From contig CM126204.1 of assembly GCA_052327205.1 (NCBI GenBank), positions 142,786,001-142,850,000 of the forward strand: a stretch of 64,000 nucleotides of DNA, written 5' to 3'. Position numbers and translations under genes: made by a program. The stretch is from Somniosus microcephalus. Its lineage: Eukaryota. The notes below the pieces were generated by a model. The model saw only the letters and a program-made list of their open reading frames with translations, was not told where the DNA came from and made no database searches. Shown here piece after piece: positions 38,652 to 48,999 of this stretch (positions within the stretch are counted from its first letter, which is position 1; the number at the start of each line of letters is the position of its first letter).

Positions 38652-40545
38652 CTAAAAAAAATAAAGAGAGAGAAGATGAATTATGAGAGTAAACTGGCAA
38701 GAAGCATGAAAACAGATAGTAAGAGCTTCTACAGGTATATAAAAAGGAAGAGGGTAGCTAAAGTAAATGTTGGTCCCATAGAGGATGAATTAATGATGGG
38801 TAATTAATAATGTGGAACAGGGAAATGGCAGAGTCTCTGAACAAATATTTTGTATCTGTCTTCACGGTAGAAGACACTAACAACATCCCAATAATGGATA
38901 ATCAAGGGGCCACAGGGGAGGGGGAACTAAAGACAATCACTATCACTAAGGAAATAGTACTTGGTAAAATAATGGGACTAAAAGATGACAAGTCCCGTGG
39001 ACCAGATGGCCTGCATCCCAGGGTCTTAAAAGAAGCGGCTGCAGAGATAGTGGATGCATTGGTTGCAATATACCAAAATTCCCTAGACTCTGGAGAGGTC
39101 CCAGCGGATTGGAAAACCGCAAATGTAACAACCCTATTTAAGAAAGGAGGGAGACAGAAAGCATGAAACTAGACCAGTTAGCCTAACATCTGTCATTGGG
39201 AAAATGCTGGAGTCCTTCATTAAGGAAGCAGTAGCAGGGCATTTGGAAAATCATAATGCAGTCAAGCAGAGTCAGCATGGTTTTATGAAAGGGAAATCAT
39301 GTTTAACAAACTTGCTGGAGTTCTTTGAGAAGGTAACGAGCAGGGTGGACAAAGGTGAACCAGTGGATGTGGTGTATTTGGATTTCCAGAAGGCATTCGA
39401 TAAGGTGCCACATAAAAGGTTACTGCTCACGGAATTGGGGGTAATATATTAGCATGGATAGAGAATTGGCTAACTAACAGAAAGCAGAGAGTCGGGATAA
39501 ATGGGTCATTTTCCAGTAGGCAAACGGTAACTAGTGGGGTGCCACAAGGATCGGCGCTGGGGCCTCAACTATTTACAATCTACATTAATGGCTTGGATGA
39601 AGAGACCGAGTGTAATGTAGCCAAGTTTGCAGATGATACAAAGATGGGTGGGAAAGCAAGTTGTGCAGAGGAATCAAAGAACCTGCAAAGGGATATAGAC
39701 AGGCTAAGTGAGTGGGCAAACATTTGGCAGATGGAGTGTAATGTGGCAAAGTGCGAGGTTATACACTTTGGCAGGAAAAATAAAAAAGCAAATTATTATT
39801 TAAATGGAGAGAGATTACAAAATGCTACAGTTCAGAGGGACCTGGGGGTCCTTGTGCATGAAACACAAAATGTTAGCATGCAGGTACAGCAAGTAATCAA
39901 AAAGGCAAATGGAATGTTGGCCTTTATTTCAAAGGGGTTGGAGTATAAAAGCAGGGAAGTTCTGCTACAACTGTACAGGGCATTGGTGAGACCACACCTT
40001 GAGTACTGCATACAGTTTTGGTCTCCTTATTTAAGGAAGGATACACTTGCATTGGCGGCAGTTCAGAGACGATTCACTAGGTTAATTCCAGAGATGAGGG
40101 GGTTGACTTATGAGGAAAGGCTGGGCCTATACTCATTGGAATTTAGAAGAATGAGAGGTGATCTTATTGAAACATATAAGATTCTGAGAGGGCACAACAA
40201 GGTAGATGCAGAGAGGATGTTTCCCCTCGTGGGGAAATCTAGAACTCGGAGGCACAGTTTTAGAATAAAGGGTCGCCCTTTTAGAACTGAGATGAGGAGG
40301 AATTTCTTCTCTCAGAGGGTCGTAAATCTGTGGAACTCTCTGCCCCAGAGAGCTGTGGAGGCGGGGTCATTAAATACATTTAAGGTGGAGATAAACAAAT
40401 TTTTGCAAGATAAGGGAGTGAAGGGTTATGGGGAGGGGGCGGGGATGTGGCTTTGAGCCCAAGATCAGCCATGATCTTATTGAATGGCGGAGCAGGCTCG
40501 AGGGGCCAAGTGGTCTATTCCTGCTCCTATTTCTTATGTTCGTAT
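38652..40545 (+). mobile_element. 5'-truncated CR1 LINE inserted in an antisense CR1
   Basis: ORFs 38810-39166, 39204-39452, 39539-40456 with QHGF, PQGS, FADD; CR1 3' tail ending cttatgttcgtatgttc. Confidence 0.9.
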
Positions 40546-40931
40546 GTTCTTATCGAAGGCCTTTTGGAAATCTAGATAAATTACATCTATTGCATTATTC
40601 TTGACTACTCTTTCTGTTGCCTCTTCAAAAAATTCAATGAAGTTGGTTATGCAAGACTTCCCCTTTTGAAATCCACGCTGCCTATTCATTATTATATTTT
40701 TGGTTTCTAGATGTTCTTCTATTTCTTCCTTTAGTAGGGATTCCATTATTTTTCCTACCACAGAACATCACAGAAACAGATCATCTGGTCATTATCACAT
40801 TGCTGTTTGTGGGAGTTTACTGTGCACAAATTGACTGCTGCGTTTCCTACATGACAACAGTTACTACACTTCAAAAGTACTTCATTGGCTGTAAAGCACT
40901 TTGGGACGTCCTGAGGTCATGAAAGATGCTA

Positions 40932-41524
40932 CAGGTAGATTATCCTTTATCCGAAAACCTCGGGACCAGCCGAGTTTCGGTTTTCGGAGAATTTCGGATT
41001 TCGGAAGGTGGGTCGGCGGGGGTCCGCGGGGGGGTCGGCGGGGATCGGGGCCGGCGGGGGTCCGGCGGTTGTCGGGGCCGGCAGGGTCCGCGGGGGGGTC
41101 GGCGGTTGTCGGGGCCGGCGGGGTTCGCGGGGTCCGCGGGGGGGTCGGGGCCGGCGGGGTCGGCGGGGGGGGTCAGCAGTTGTCGGGGCTGGCGGGGGGG
41201 GTCGGCGGCGGGGGTCGGGGCCGGCGGGGTCCGCGGGGGGGTCGGGGTCGGGGCCGGCGGGGGGTCGTGCGCACGACTTACGGTGACGCTCAGCGTAAGT
41301 CGGTGGGGGTCGGGGTCAGCGGGGGTCGGGGCCGGCGGGGGGGTCGGCGGGGGTCCGTGCGCACGACTTACCCTTTATCCAAACTTCCGAAACCGGAACC
41401 CTCTAAAAACCGAAGGTTTTTTCATTCAGTGTAAGTCGTACGCACAACTTACGCTGAACGAAAAAACCTTCGGTTTTTAGAGGGTTTCGGTTTTCGGAAG
41501 TCCGGATAAAGGGTAGTCTACCTG
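40932..41524. mobile_element. Tc1/mariner-type MITE with G-rich minisatellite and internal palindrome
   Basis: TA|caggtagattatcctttatccg...cggataaagggtagtctacctg|TA, inserted in a SINE tail. Confidence 0.85.
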
Positions 41525-43049
41525 TATCTAAATGCAAGTCTTTCTTTTAATACGCTGTTAAAAACTCAGTTACACCTCATTCAATAAAGCTTAACAATTT
41601 CAGGGGGTTTTACAGCGTGATTAGAGCATAAAAAAATGGAAGTTCACGTCAATTCAAGTGATTTGTAAGATTTCCATCTGCAAGGACTTCAACAGCGCAC
41701 CCTGTGGAGGAGCGGGGAATCACTGACAGCAACTTCCGTATTTCCGCGTTTAAATGCGCCTGTGCGGACGTCAGAAGTTGCTGTCGGTTTTACAGAGCAA
41801 TGACGGCAAACGCTGACAGTTTCACCGTCATTACAACCGCAAATTCTGGGCCAATGTGCATTTTCTGGTAGGCATTTAGACCTCCTGCCTCCAAGATGTT
41901 GTTTCACGGTTTGTGCTAGTTCCTGTTGCAAATGCCAGAAACACACACTTTCAAAATTTCGCTCATGCAAGTTGAGCATCCAACATTGCCAGTCCATGGA
42001 AAGAAATTTAACAAGGCAGTCAGCAAGTTAAATGGTTTGCTTTTGGCTTGTATTGTTTGTTTTTTAATGTGTTGTTTATTTTGGCTACTTCAGTGGATGA
42101 AACTTTTTATTTTAGGCACAGCCCCCTACATATTAGGACTACTGTCCCTATAGGAATCTATATATCATTTGGAGGAAAACGAGGAGGAGAAACTGCACCA
42201 ACAGGACTACACACACTTGCTGCTACCCCACAAACGGCATATACTTTTGAGCACCCCTCCCAGTCTGCTCCACTCCCGGCACCCCTTACCCAATGTACTC
42301 CATTCACTGCACCCTGCTACATCTCCCTCTGCTGTTCACCAGTAACTATATAATAGAAGCCCTGCTTCCAGCACACACCTCTTATGAGTGTCACACTTCC
42401 TGTCACACTTTCCCCTCTCTCACTTTTTTTTTTTAACAACACCCCGATTGTTATAAAACAGCATGTCCTCTGACTTACTGTGACGACACCGTGGAAGTTC
42501 TGCTGGTAATATATTCAAAGTCTTGCCAATAAAGAACACTTACCGTACACAACACACTTAATTCCTGTCACACTAAAGCCATCACACTCTGCTGATTGAC
42601 TCAAAGTAAAACAGCAGCAAATTGAGAGGTAGAAAATATAAGATTGAGGAAAGTGGCTGGAAATATCTGTGGCCTTAATACTTTGTCATGCATTCCGCGG
42701 GAAAAAAAGACATTATTACAAAACAGCATGTCTTCTGACTCAATCTGAGTGATGCCATGGAAGATCTGCTAATGTGTGTGTATATAAATGTTACATTTTG
42801 CTGCACATGCAGTGTTTCTAGTCAACAGAAATATCATAATTGGCTCAAATATTCCCAGAGCTAATGATAAACACTTCATTGCCTCCGAGCATATCACTCC
42901 TTGCGTCTCCTCCCCATCCCAGCAACCCCTTTGTAACAGCATGACCTCTGACCTGTATGAGCAATGTCATGGAGATTCGCTAGTATATTAAATAACTAGC
43001 TGGGGGTGCCCGGTGGTGCCGAGGCTTTTTAGAGGGCATGTTGTTGTTG

Positions 43050-43760
43050 GAAGAGAGAGAGAGAGCGACTGGGGGGAAGAGGGAGAGCGAGCGACTGGGG
43101 GGAAGAGAGAGAGCGAGCGATTGGGGGGAAGAGAGAGAGCGACTGGGGGGAAGAGGGGAGGAAGGGACAGAGGGCAGGAAGGGGGAGAAGGGGGGGCGGA
43201 AGGGGACAAGGGGGGCAGAAGGGGGAGAAAAGGGGGGTGGAAGGGGGGGAGAGAGAGAGGGGGGGAGAGAGAGAGGGGGAGAGGCCGGGTTGCCGGGATA
43301 ACCCTCCTCCCCCTCCCGCGGCCCGCCCCTCCCGAGCCCCACCCCCGCCCCTCGCGAGCCCCGCCCCCCCAGCCCTGCCCCCCCTCCAGCTCCCCGAGCC
43401 CCGCCCCCCCTCCAGCTCCCCGAGCCCTGCCCCCCCTCCAGCTCCCCGAGCCCCGTCCCCCCCCTCCCGAGGCCGGGCCTGAGGCGGCTTGAGACGGCTG
43501 ATTGCGGCTGGCCAGGCCCGGTTGCCGGGGTAACCCTCCTCCCCTCTCCGCTCCGCTGTCCAAGCCCCGGCCGCCCCGCCCCGCACTCCCGAGAGCCCCG
43601 CTCTCCGAGCCCCGGCCGCCCCGCCCCGCACTCCCGAGAGCCCCGCTCTCCGAGCCCCGGCCGCCCCGCCCCACACTCCCGAGAGCCCCGCTCTCCGAGC
43701 CCCGCCCCCCCCGCCCAAGCCAGCTTCAAGACCACCGAGCGGGGAAGAGAGAGAGACACA
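43050..43760. repeat. Purine-rich and GC-rich minisatellites inside the Helitron
   Basis: Units gagcgactgggggaaga, cccctccagctccccgagc and a 42-bp unit x3. Confidence 0.85.
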
Positions 43761-44253
43761 AGAAATAGGAGCAGGAGCAGGCCAACCGGCCCCTCGAGCC
43801 TCCTCCACCATTCAATAAGATCATGGCTGATCCGATCCTAACCCCAAATCTTCTATCACTCTCCATCCCACCCGAACCCATGTGATCTCCCGGGAGAGGC
43901 GAAAAACCAGATAAAAAACCCAATGGCCAATTTGGGAGAAAAAATCTGGGAAATTCCTCTCCGACCCATCTAGGCGATCGAAACTCTTCCAGGAGATCAC
44001 TCTGTCCCTATATTTTCTACAGTACTTACCTTCTGTAAAGGCGATCTCCACCCCAGCCAGGAACAGGAATAAAACCATCTCCTGAAATCTAACACAGAAT
44101 AAGAACACAAGAAGTAGGAGCCGAACCAGGCTACACGGCCCCTGGGCCCGCTCCACTACCCACAGGGCCATGACCATTCCTAACCTAGACTCATGTCCAA
44201 TTTCCTGCCCGCTCCCTGTAACCCTTAATTCCCTTTACTTCTAGGAAACTATC

Positions 44254-47200
44254 TGTTAAGTCTGTGGGTTGTATTATAAATAATCACAGACTCCACTGTT
44301 AACAGAATAAAACACGTCTTTACTATTCAGCGGCTCGGGCGATTCTGCCCTAGTTAACGTATCACAACCCTTATATACTGGTGTGGTCACTATCGGTATT
44401 ACAGTATACATGAGCCAATAGATAGTGCCACCCTAAAGTAGTGCTCTTAAAGGCGAACGGTTACATTCTATAGTTCCCTTAAAGGTAAACGGTTACATAC
44501 ACAACACTCCTCCCTTCCTAGCTTATTACTTACAGAATCCCGTTAAACATACAATCTTCAACTTTATATAAACAGTTTGCAGATATACTCTCGATGGAGT
44601 CAACGTCATATAACAATTTACAAATATACTCTCAATGGAGTCAACGTCATATAACAGTTTACAAACATACTCTCAGTGGAATCAGTTTACAGGTTCAGTC
44701 TCTGTGGGAACAGTTCATAAATTCAGTCTCTGGTATTAATTCGTTCCAGACAGCATCCTCCATAGCTTTTTTTTTTTTTTTTTAAACAGCTTGTACTTTC
44801 GTCCTGTTGAACCAGCAGTGCGGACTTATACAACCCACTGGCTGTCTTGATAATGTCCCTGGATTTTTTTTACAAATTTAGCACCTTTCGTAGTGTTCGG
44901 ACTGAGGTAGTAGAAGTAATAATATTTTAAACAGTTATTATTTTCTGCTTCTTCTTTTTCTTTTCTGCCTTTTTGAAACTCTCCGAGCTCTTTTCCCGGC
45001 TGCCATCTGTAGCGCCACCAACTCTCTATGTTCCTTAGACCTTAAGTGCTTCCTCAGGATTTCAGCACTTTGGGAGTTCCCATCACAATTTGGGCAGACC
45101 ACATCCTCATAACATTCGGTGTCACTCAACAGGTCAAAACCCTTCTTCAAGCAATCATATTCATCCTGCTCTTCCTCGGATGTCTGCCCTTCCTTCCCTC
45201 CTGGCCTCATTTGTGCGTTCAATCCTTTCCCTTCCTTCAGGGATTTCGTTATCAGGCTATTTAATCCTTCTACTGAAGTAGCTGTTTCCCCATTCTCCTG
45301 TTCCCCTGGACGTAATTCAGCGTACTCCTCCATTTCATCCATCATTTTCTCCAATGCTTTCATCTTCTCTTCCTCTTGTACTTTGGCTTCCAGTGCTTGG
45401 AGAAGTTGCGCCTCGATGCTCTCTAGCTCATGTTCAGGGCCCATTCCCAGTTGAAACTGTTCTTCAAGTCGGTCAACCTCGGTAATTGCCGCCTCATATT
45501 TGTCTTGGGCTTCCTTCCATATTTTTATGAGTTCTGCCATGTCTTTCACCTCTACATCCTCATCTATGTATGGAACTTCTACCGATGAGTCTGTCTTGGC
45601 CCTGAGCTCCTCAAGAATTTCCTGCAGCCTTTGGACTTCTTGCTCATGTTCAACCTTTAGTTGCTCATATACTTCCAACGAAACTAGCTTTTCGGAGGTT
45701 GCTGAGTTAACCCCCTCCAGAATTGTAGTCTGGGCCTGTTCATACTGTTTTTTCAACTTCTCGCACTCTGCTTGTAAGGAGTCGTAGAGAAGAACTGGAA
45801 TAAAATCCTGGCTTCCTGAAGATTCCTCTTCATTTGTTTCTTTCGCAATTTCCTGTTGGAGTTCAGCCAAGGCTGCTATGCTATCTGCCTCTCGAAGTCT
45901 CACTGCCATCAACTCTTCTTTATTCTTGCAGTCCATCTCAGCCATTTCCCGTTTACTTTCATTTAACTGAGTGAGTAGTCCCTTATTTTGGGCTGAGAGA
46001 TATTGCACCTTCTCATGTAGACCCTTGCACTCCTTCTCTGCTTGACATAGCTGATTACCGCTGATTTGGTTCTGCGTTTCAAGTTCCAACATCCTTTGCT
46101 TAGCTTCTTTCAGTTTCGCCCCTATAAGCTCCTCTTGCAACATGGCCACATTATTCTCATCAGGTAAAGAAGCGTTTCTCTTTTCCATGTCCAAGATTTG
46201 TTTCTGCATCTCCTTAAGAGCACCCTGTGATTCAACTTCTCTTAACTTTGCCTGCACTAGCTCCGTCTCTAATTGCAGAACAAAATCCTCAGTGCAGCGT
46301 GATTTGCCCTTCTGCTGTATCTCTAGATCATGCAAATATTCTAACCCCTGAACATCATCAGGGAGATGTGATCGGTAATTGGTCACGATGGCTCTATGGT
46401 CGCTCTCTGCTTGAGCCAGTAGGTTCTGTTGTCTTTCCAGACTCTCCCATTCGGTGTCATAGAACTTTTTCATTGTTTTCATCTCTTGTACGAGGCGGTA
46501 ACTTAATTGTTCTAATTGTTGTTGTACTTTGAAATAGCGTTGAGTTCGAGCCCGGTGTTCCTCCGTAATGCATATGTCTGTAGCTTGAACAGACTCAGAA
46601 TTCTCTGTCTTTATGCACGCCATCGATTTCCCAACCTTAGTCCGTGAGTTAATGTTAACCTTGTTTTTCATACATAAGCTGGACTTATCGTCTTCCAGCT
46701 CAGAGTCTGAGCTGCTTGTCTGCACCGAGTCCTCACTCGTCATTGCTTGTCGGTAGTGCCATTCCATGTCTATTTTCTTGATCCACTCCCGTCCTAGAAG
46801 TGGTGGTCCTCCCTCAGGTAGTACGTACAAATTCATTCTTGGGTGTACTTTACCCCTATCTCTCACCTTGACTCTTATCTTCCCCATGGGGTATACGCGA
46901 TGCCCCGTGTATGTCTGTAATACGAACTTGGTATTTCTTAAGGGTATGTGAGAGAATAGTCGGTGGTAGTCCTTTTGGTTGATGACTGATACAGCTGATC
47001 CCGTGTCCAGCTCCATTCGTACTTGGACTCCAGCTATTTTTAGTGTGACCCAGATCGTCTGTAGATCAGTTACTTTACCCACATTGTGGATTCTCAGACT
47101 ATCCAACTCCTGGCTGTTTGGGTCTGAGTCTGAATTTTGTTCGTCTGAACTCTTTTCAGCCACCTGATGCACCTTGTTGTACTTTTCTTGTGGTGGTGGC

Positions 47201-48999
47201 TTCCTTTGTTTGTTGGTCTTCTTTCTGGACCTGCATACCTTCGCGATGTGACCCAGTTTGCCACATTTCCTGCACTCTTGATTCTTAAACCAGCACTGAT
47301 TCTGGTCGTGCGTTGTCTTTCCACAACGGTAGAATTTGGAAATGCTTGCAGTCATTTGGTCCACCCCGAGTGCCGCCGCCTTTAGCTGCATTTCCGCCGT
47401 CCCTTTCGCTGCGGCTTCGTGCGATGAAGCTATGAGGACAGCCCTGTCCAGTGTGAGGTCGTTTTCTTCCAGAAGTCGCTTCTGCGTTCCTTCTTTGGCC
47501 AAGCCGCATACGAACTTGTCCCGCAGCGCCTCTGTCAAATTCCCTCCAAACTGGCAGTATTTCGCTAGCTTACGCAGTTCGACTAAGTATTCCGCATTGC
47601 TTTCATCTTGCCTCTGGGTTCTGGCGTAAAATTTAAATCGTTCAGCCAGTATCAACGGTGTGGGGTTCAAGTGATCCTTCAGCACTGCTACGCTCTCTTC
47701 GAAGGTCTGGTCCACTGGTTTAACTGGTGCTATTAGATGTTTCAAGAGCCCGTATGTTTTTGCTCCCATCGAATTTAACAAAGTTATTGCCTTGGCGTAT
47801 ATGGCTACGCAATATATTCCTATGCGTTCCCCATACGTGGCCCTGTCTTCTATTTCAGCATTAAAATCATTAATATTTCCTCGCTTAGGCATCTTCTTCT
47901 CTTTCCGAGAACAGCACAAGTATTTCTTTACTTATTATTAATTTTCTTCTCTTCTTGAGAACACCACCAGTATTGCTTTACTTATTTCTTGTTTCTGAAA
48001 ATTCTAATTAATTTTCTTCTCTCTTCTTGAGAACACCACAAGTATTGCTTTACTTATTTCTTGTTTCTGAAAATTCTAATTAATTTTCTTCTCTCTTCTT
48101 GAGAACACCACAAGTATTGCTGTACTTATACTTATTTTTCCTCTCTTCTTGAGAACACACCAGCCTTTCTGAAAAATCTTATTACTTTCCTGAAATTCTT
48201 AATAATTTCCAAGATGGCGGTTTCCCGCTTCTTCCTTCTTCTTCAGCGGTTTCCCCGCGAAAAATGGCGGCTTTCCCGCGCTTCTCGCTCTCCCCGCCCA
48301 CTTCGATGGCGGTTTTCCCGCGCTTCTCGGCGCTCTCCGCCCACTTCAATGGCGGTTATCACCCGTTCCCCGACGCTGACTTTCAGGCCGAGTGCGGGCC
48401 TTATCAGCGGATGCGATCGATGGCCCGGCTGCCCTCGCACTTGAAAGCGGCCCCCGGCCTCTGGCTCACCCGCTCGCACGGCTCTTGCTCGCTCCCTCCC
48501 GGGCTCTGGCTTACCCGCTCGCGCGTTTCACCGCGGCTCTTATCAGGGATTGCGATCGCCCTGTCTTTGCAGCCAACGCTGCGGCTTACCCACGAGGTTA
48601 TGGAGGCTTCAGGGTCCTAATGCCTGTCGCTTCCAGCCTGTCGGTTCCAGACTGGTGAGGATTGAAACCTCTCTTCAACGTCCTGTCTTCGGACGAAGCC
48701 GCCGTGGAACAACTGCCGCAGGGTTCGAATCCTGACTCGTCGCCAATGTTAAGTCTGTGGGTTGTATTATAAATAATCACAGACTCCACTGTTAACAGAA
48801 TAAAACACGTCTTTACTATTCAGCGGCTCGGGCGATTCTGCCCTAGTTAACGTATCACAACCCTTATATACTGGTGTGGTCACTATCGGTATTACAGTAT
48901 ACATGAGCCAATAGATAGTGCCACCCTAAAGTAGTGCTCTTAAAGGCGAACGGTTACATTCTATAGTTCCCTTAAAGGTAAACGGTTACATACACAACA
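44254..48999 (-). mobile_element. Non-autonomous Gypsy LTR retrotransposon carrying host-gene-like cargo in place of pol
   Basis: 253-bp LTRs 44254-44506 and 48747-48999, no differences seen; TSD CTATC; PBS TGGCGACGAG; PPT AGGAAGGGAGGAG; no RT, RNaseH or integrase motifs. Confidence 0.95.
44938..47892 (-). CDS. 984-aa Gag-protease fused to coiled-coil and zinc-finger cargo
   Basis: First ~385 aa align with ORF 34259-35437 (LDTGS intact); remainder resembles recalled STK10, ANKRD24, EVI5 and DNAJC21 segments; no stop codons. Confidence 0.88.
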   Translation of the reverse strand: MPKRGNINDFNAEIEDRATYGERIGIYCVAIYAKAITLLNSMGAKTYGLLKHLIAPVKPVDQTFEESVAVLKDHLNPTPLILAERFKFYARTQRQDESNAEYLVELRKLAKYCQFGGNLTEALRDKFVCGLAKEGTQKRLLEENDLTLDRAVLIASSHEAAAKGTAEMQLKAAALGVDQMTASISKFYRCGKTTHDQNQCWFKNQECRKCGKLGHIAKVCRSRKKTNKQRKPPPQEKYNKVHQVAEKSSDEQNSDSDPNSQELDSLRIHNVGKVTDLQTIWVTLKIAGVQVRMELDTGSAVSVINQKDYHRLFSHIPLRNTKFVLQTYTGHRVYPMGKIRVKVRDRGKVHPRMNLYVLPEGGPPLLGREWIKKIDMEWHYRQAMTSEDSVQTSSSDSELEDDKSSLCMKNKVNINSRTKVGKSMACIKTENSESVQATDICITEEHRARTQRYFKVQQQLEQLSYRLVQEMKTMKKFYDTEWESLERQQNLLAQAESDHRAIVTNYRSHLPDDVQGLEYLHDLEIQQKGKSRCTEDFVLQLETELVQAKLREVESQGALKEMQKQILDMEKRNASLPDENNVAMLQEELIGAKLKEAKQRMLELETQNQISGNQLCQAEKECKGLHEKVQYLSAQNKGLLTQLNESKREMAEMDCKNKEELMAVRLREADSIAALAELQQEIAKETNEEESSGSQDFIPVLLYDSLQAECEKLKKQYEQAQTTILEGVNSATSEKLVSLEVYEQLKVEHEQEVQRLQEILEELRAKTDSSVEVPYIDEDVEVKDMAELIKIWKEAQDKYEAAITEVDRLEEQFQLGMGPEHELESIEAQLLQALEAKVQEEEKMKALEKMMDEMEEYAELRPGEQENGETATSVEGLNSLITKSLKEGKGLNAQMRPGGKEGQTSEEEQDEYDCLKKGFDLLSDTECYEDVVCPNCDGNSQSAEILRKHLRSKEHRELVALQMAAGKRARRVSKRQKRKRRSRK

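Larger units (their letters stand above)
25078..41852. mobile_element. Harbinger-type MITE split by ~16 kb of nested insertions
   Basis: Left end ggcccaaattttgtggt, right end accgcaaattctgggcc, TSD AAT on both sides; the inner SINE halves (25521-25800; 40763-40931; 41525-41548) rejoin. Confidence 0.7.

Noticed and set aside
40901-41480. Gly/Arg-rich ORFs of 92-184 aa
   Set aside because: Artefacts of a stop-free G-rich minisatellite.
42455-42772. Two diverged ~55-bp direct repeats ~265 bp apart
   Set aside because: Short old local duplication with no LTR or TSD hallmarks.
42980-43811. Overlapping ORFs up to 260 aa on both strands
   Set aside because: Low-complexity repeats inside the Helitron.
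44938-46740. Cargo interpreted as env or as a genuine EVI5 gene
   Set aside because: No signal peptide or transmembrane segment; it is intronless, partial, fused to gag and bounded by LTRs with a TSD.
47893-48175. CRISPR-like array
   Set aside because: Degenerate tandem units without unique spacers, in a vertebrate retroelement.
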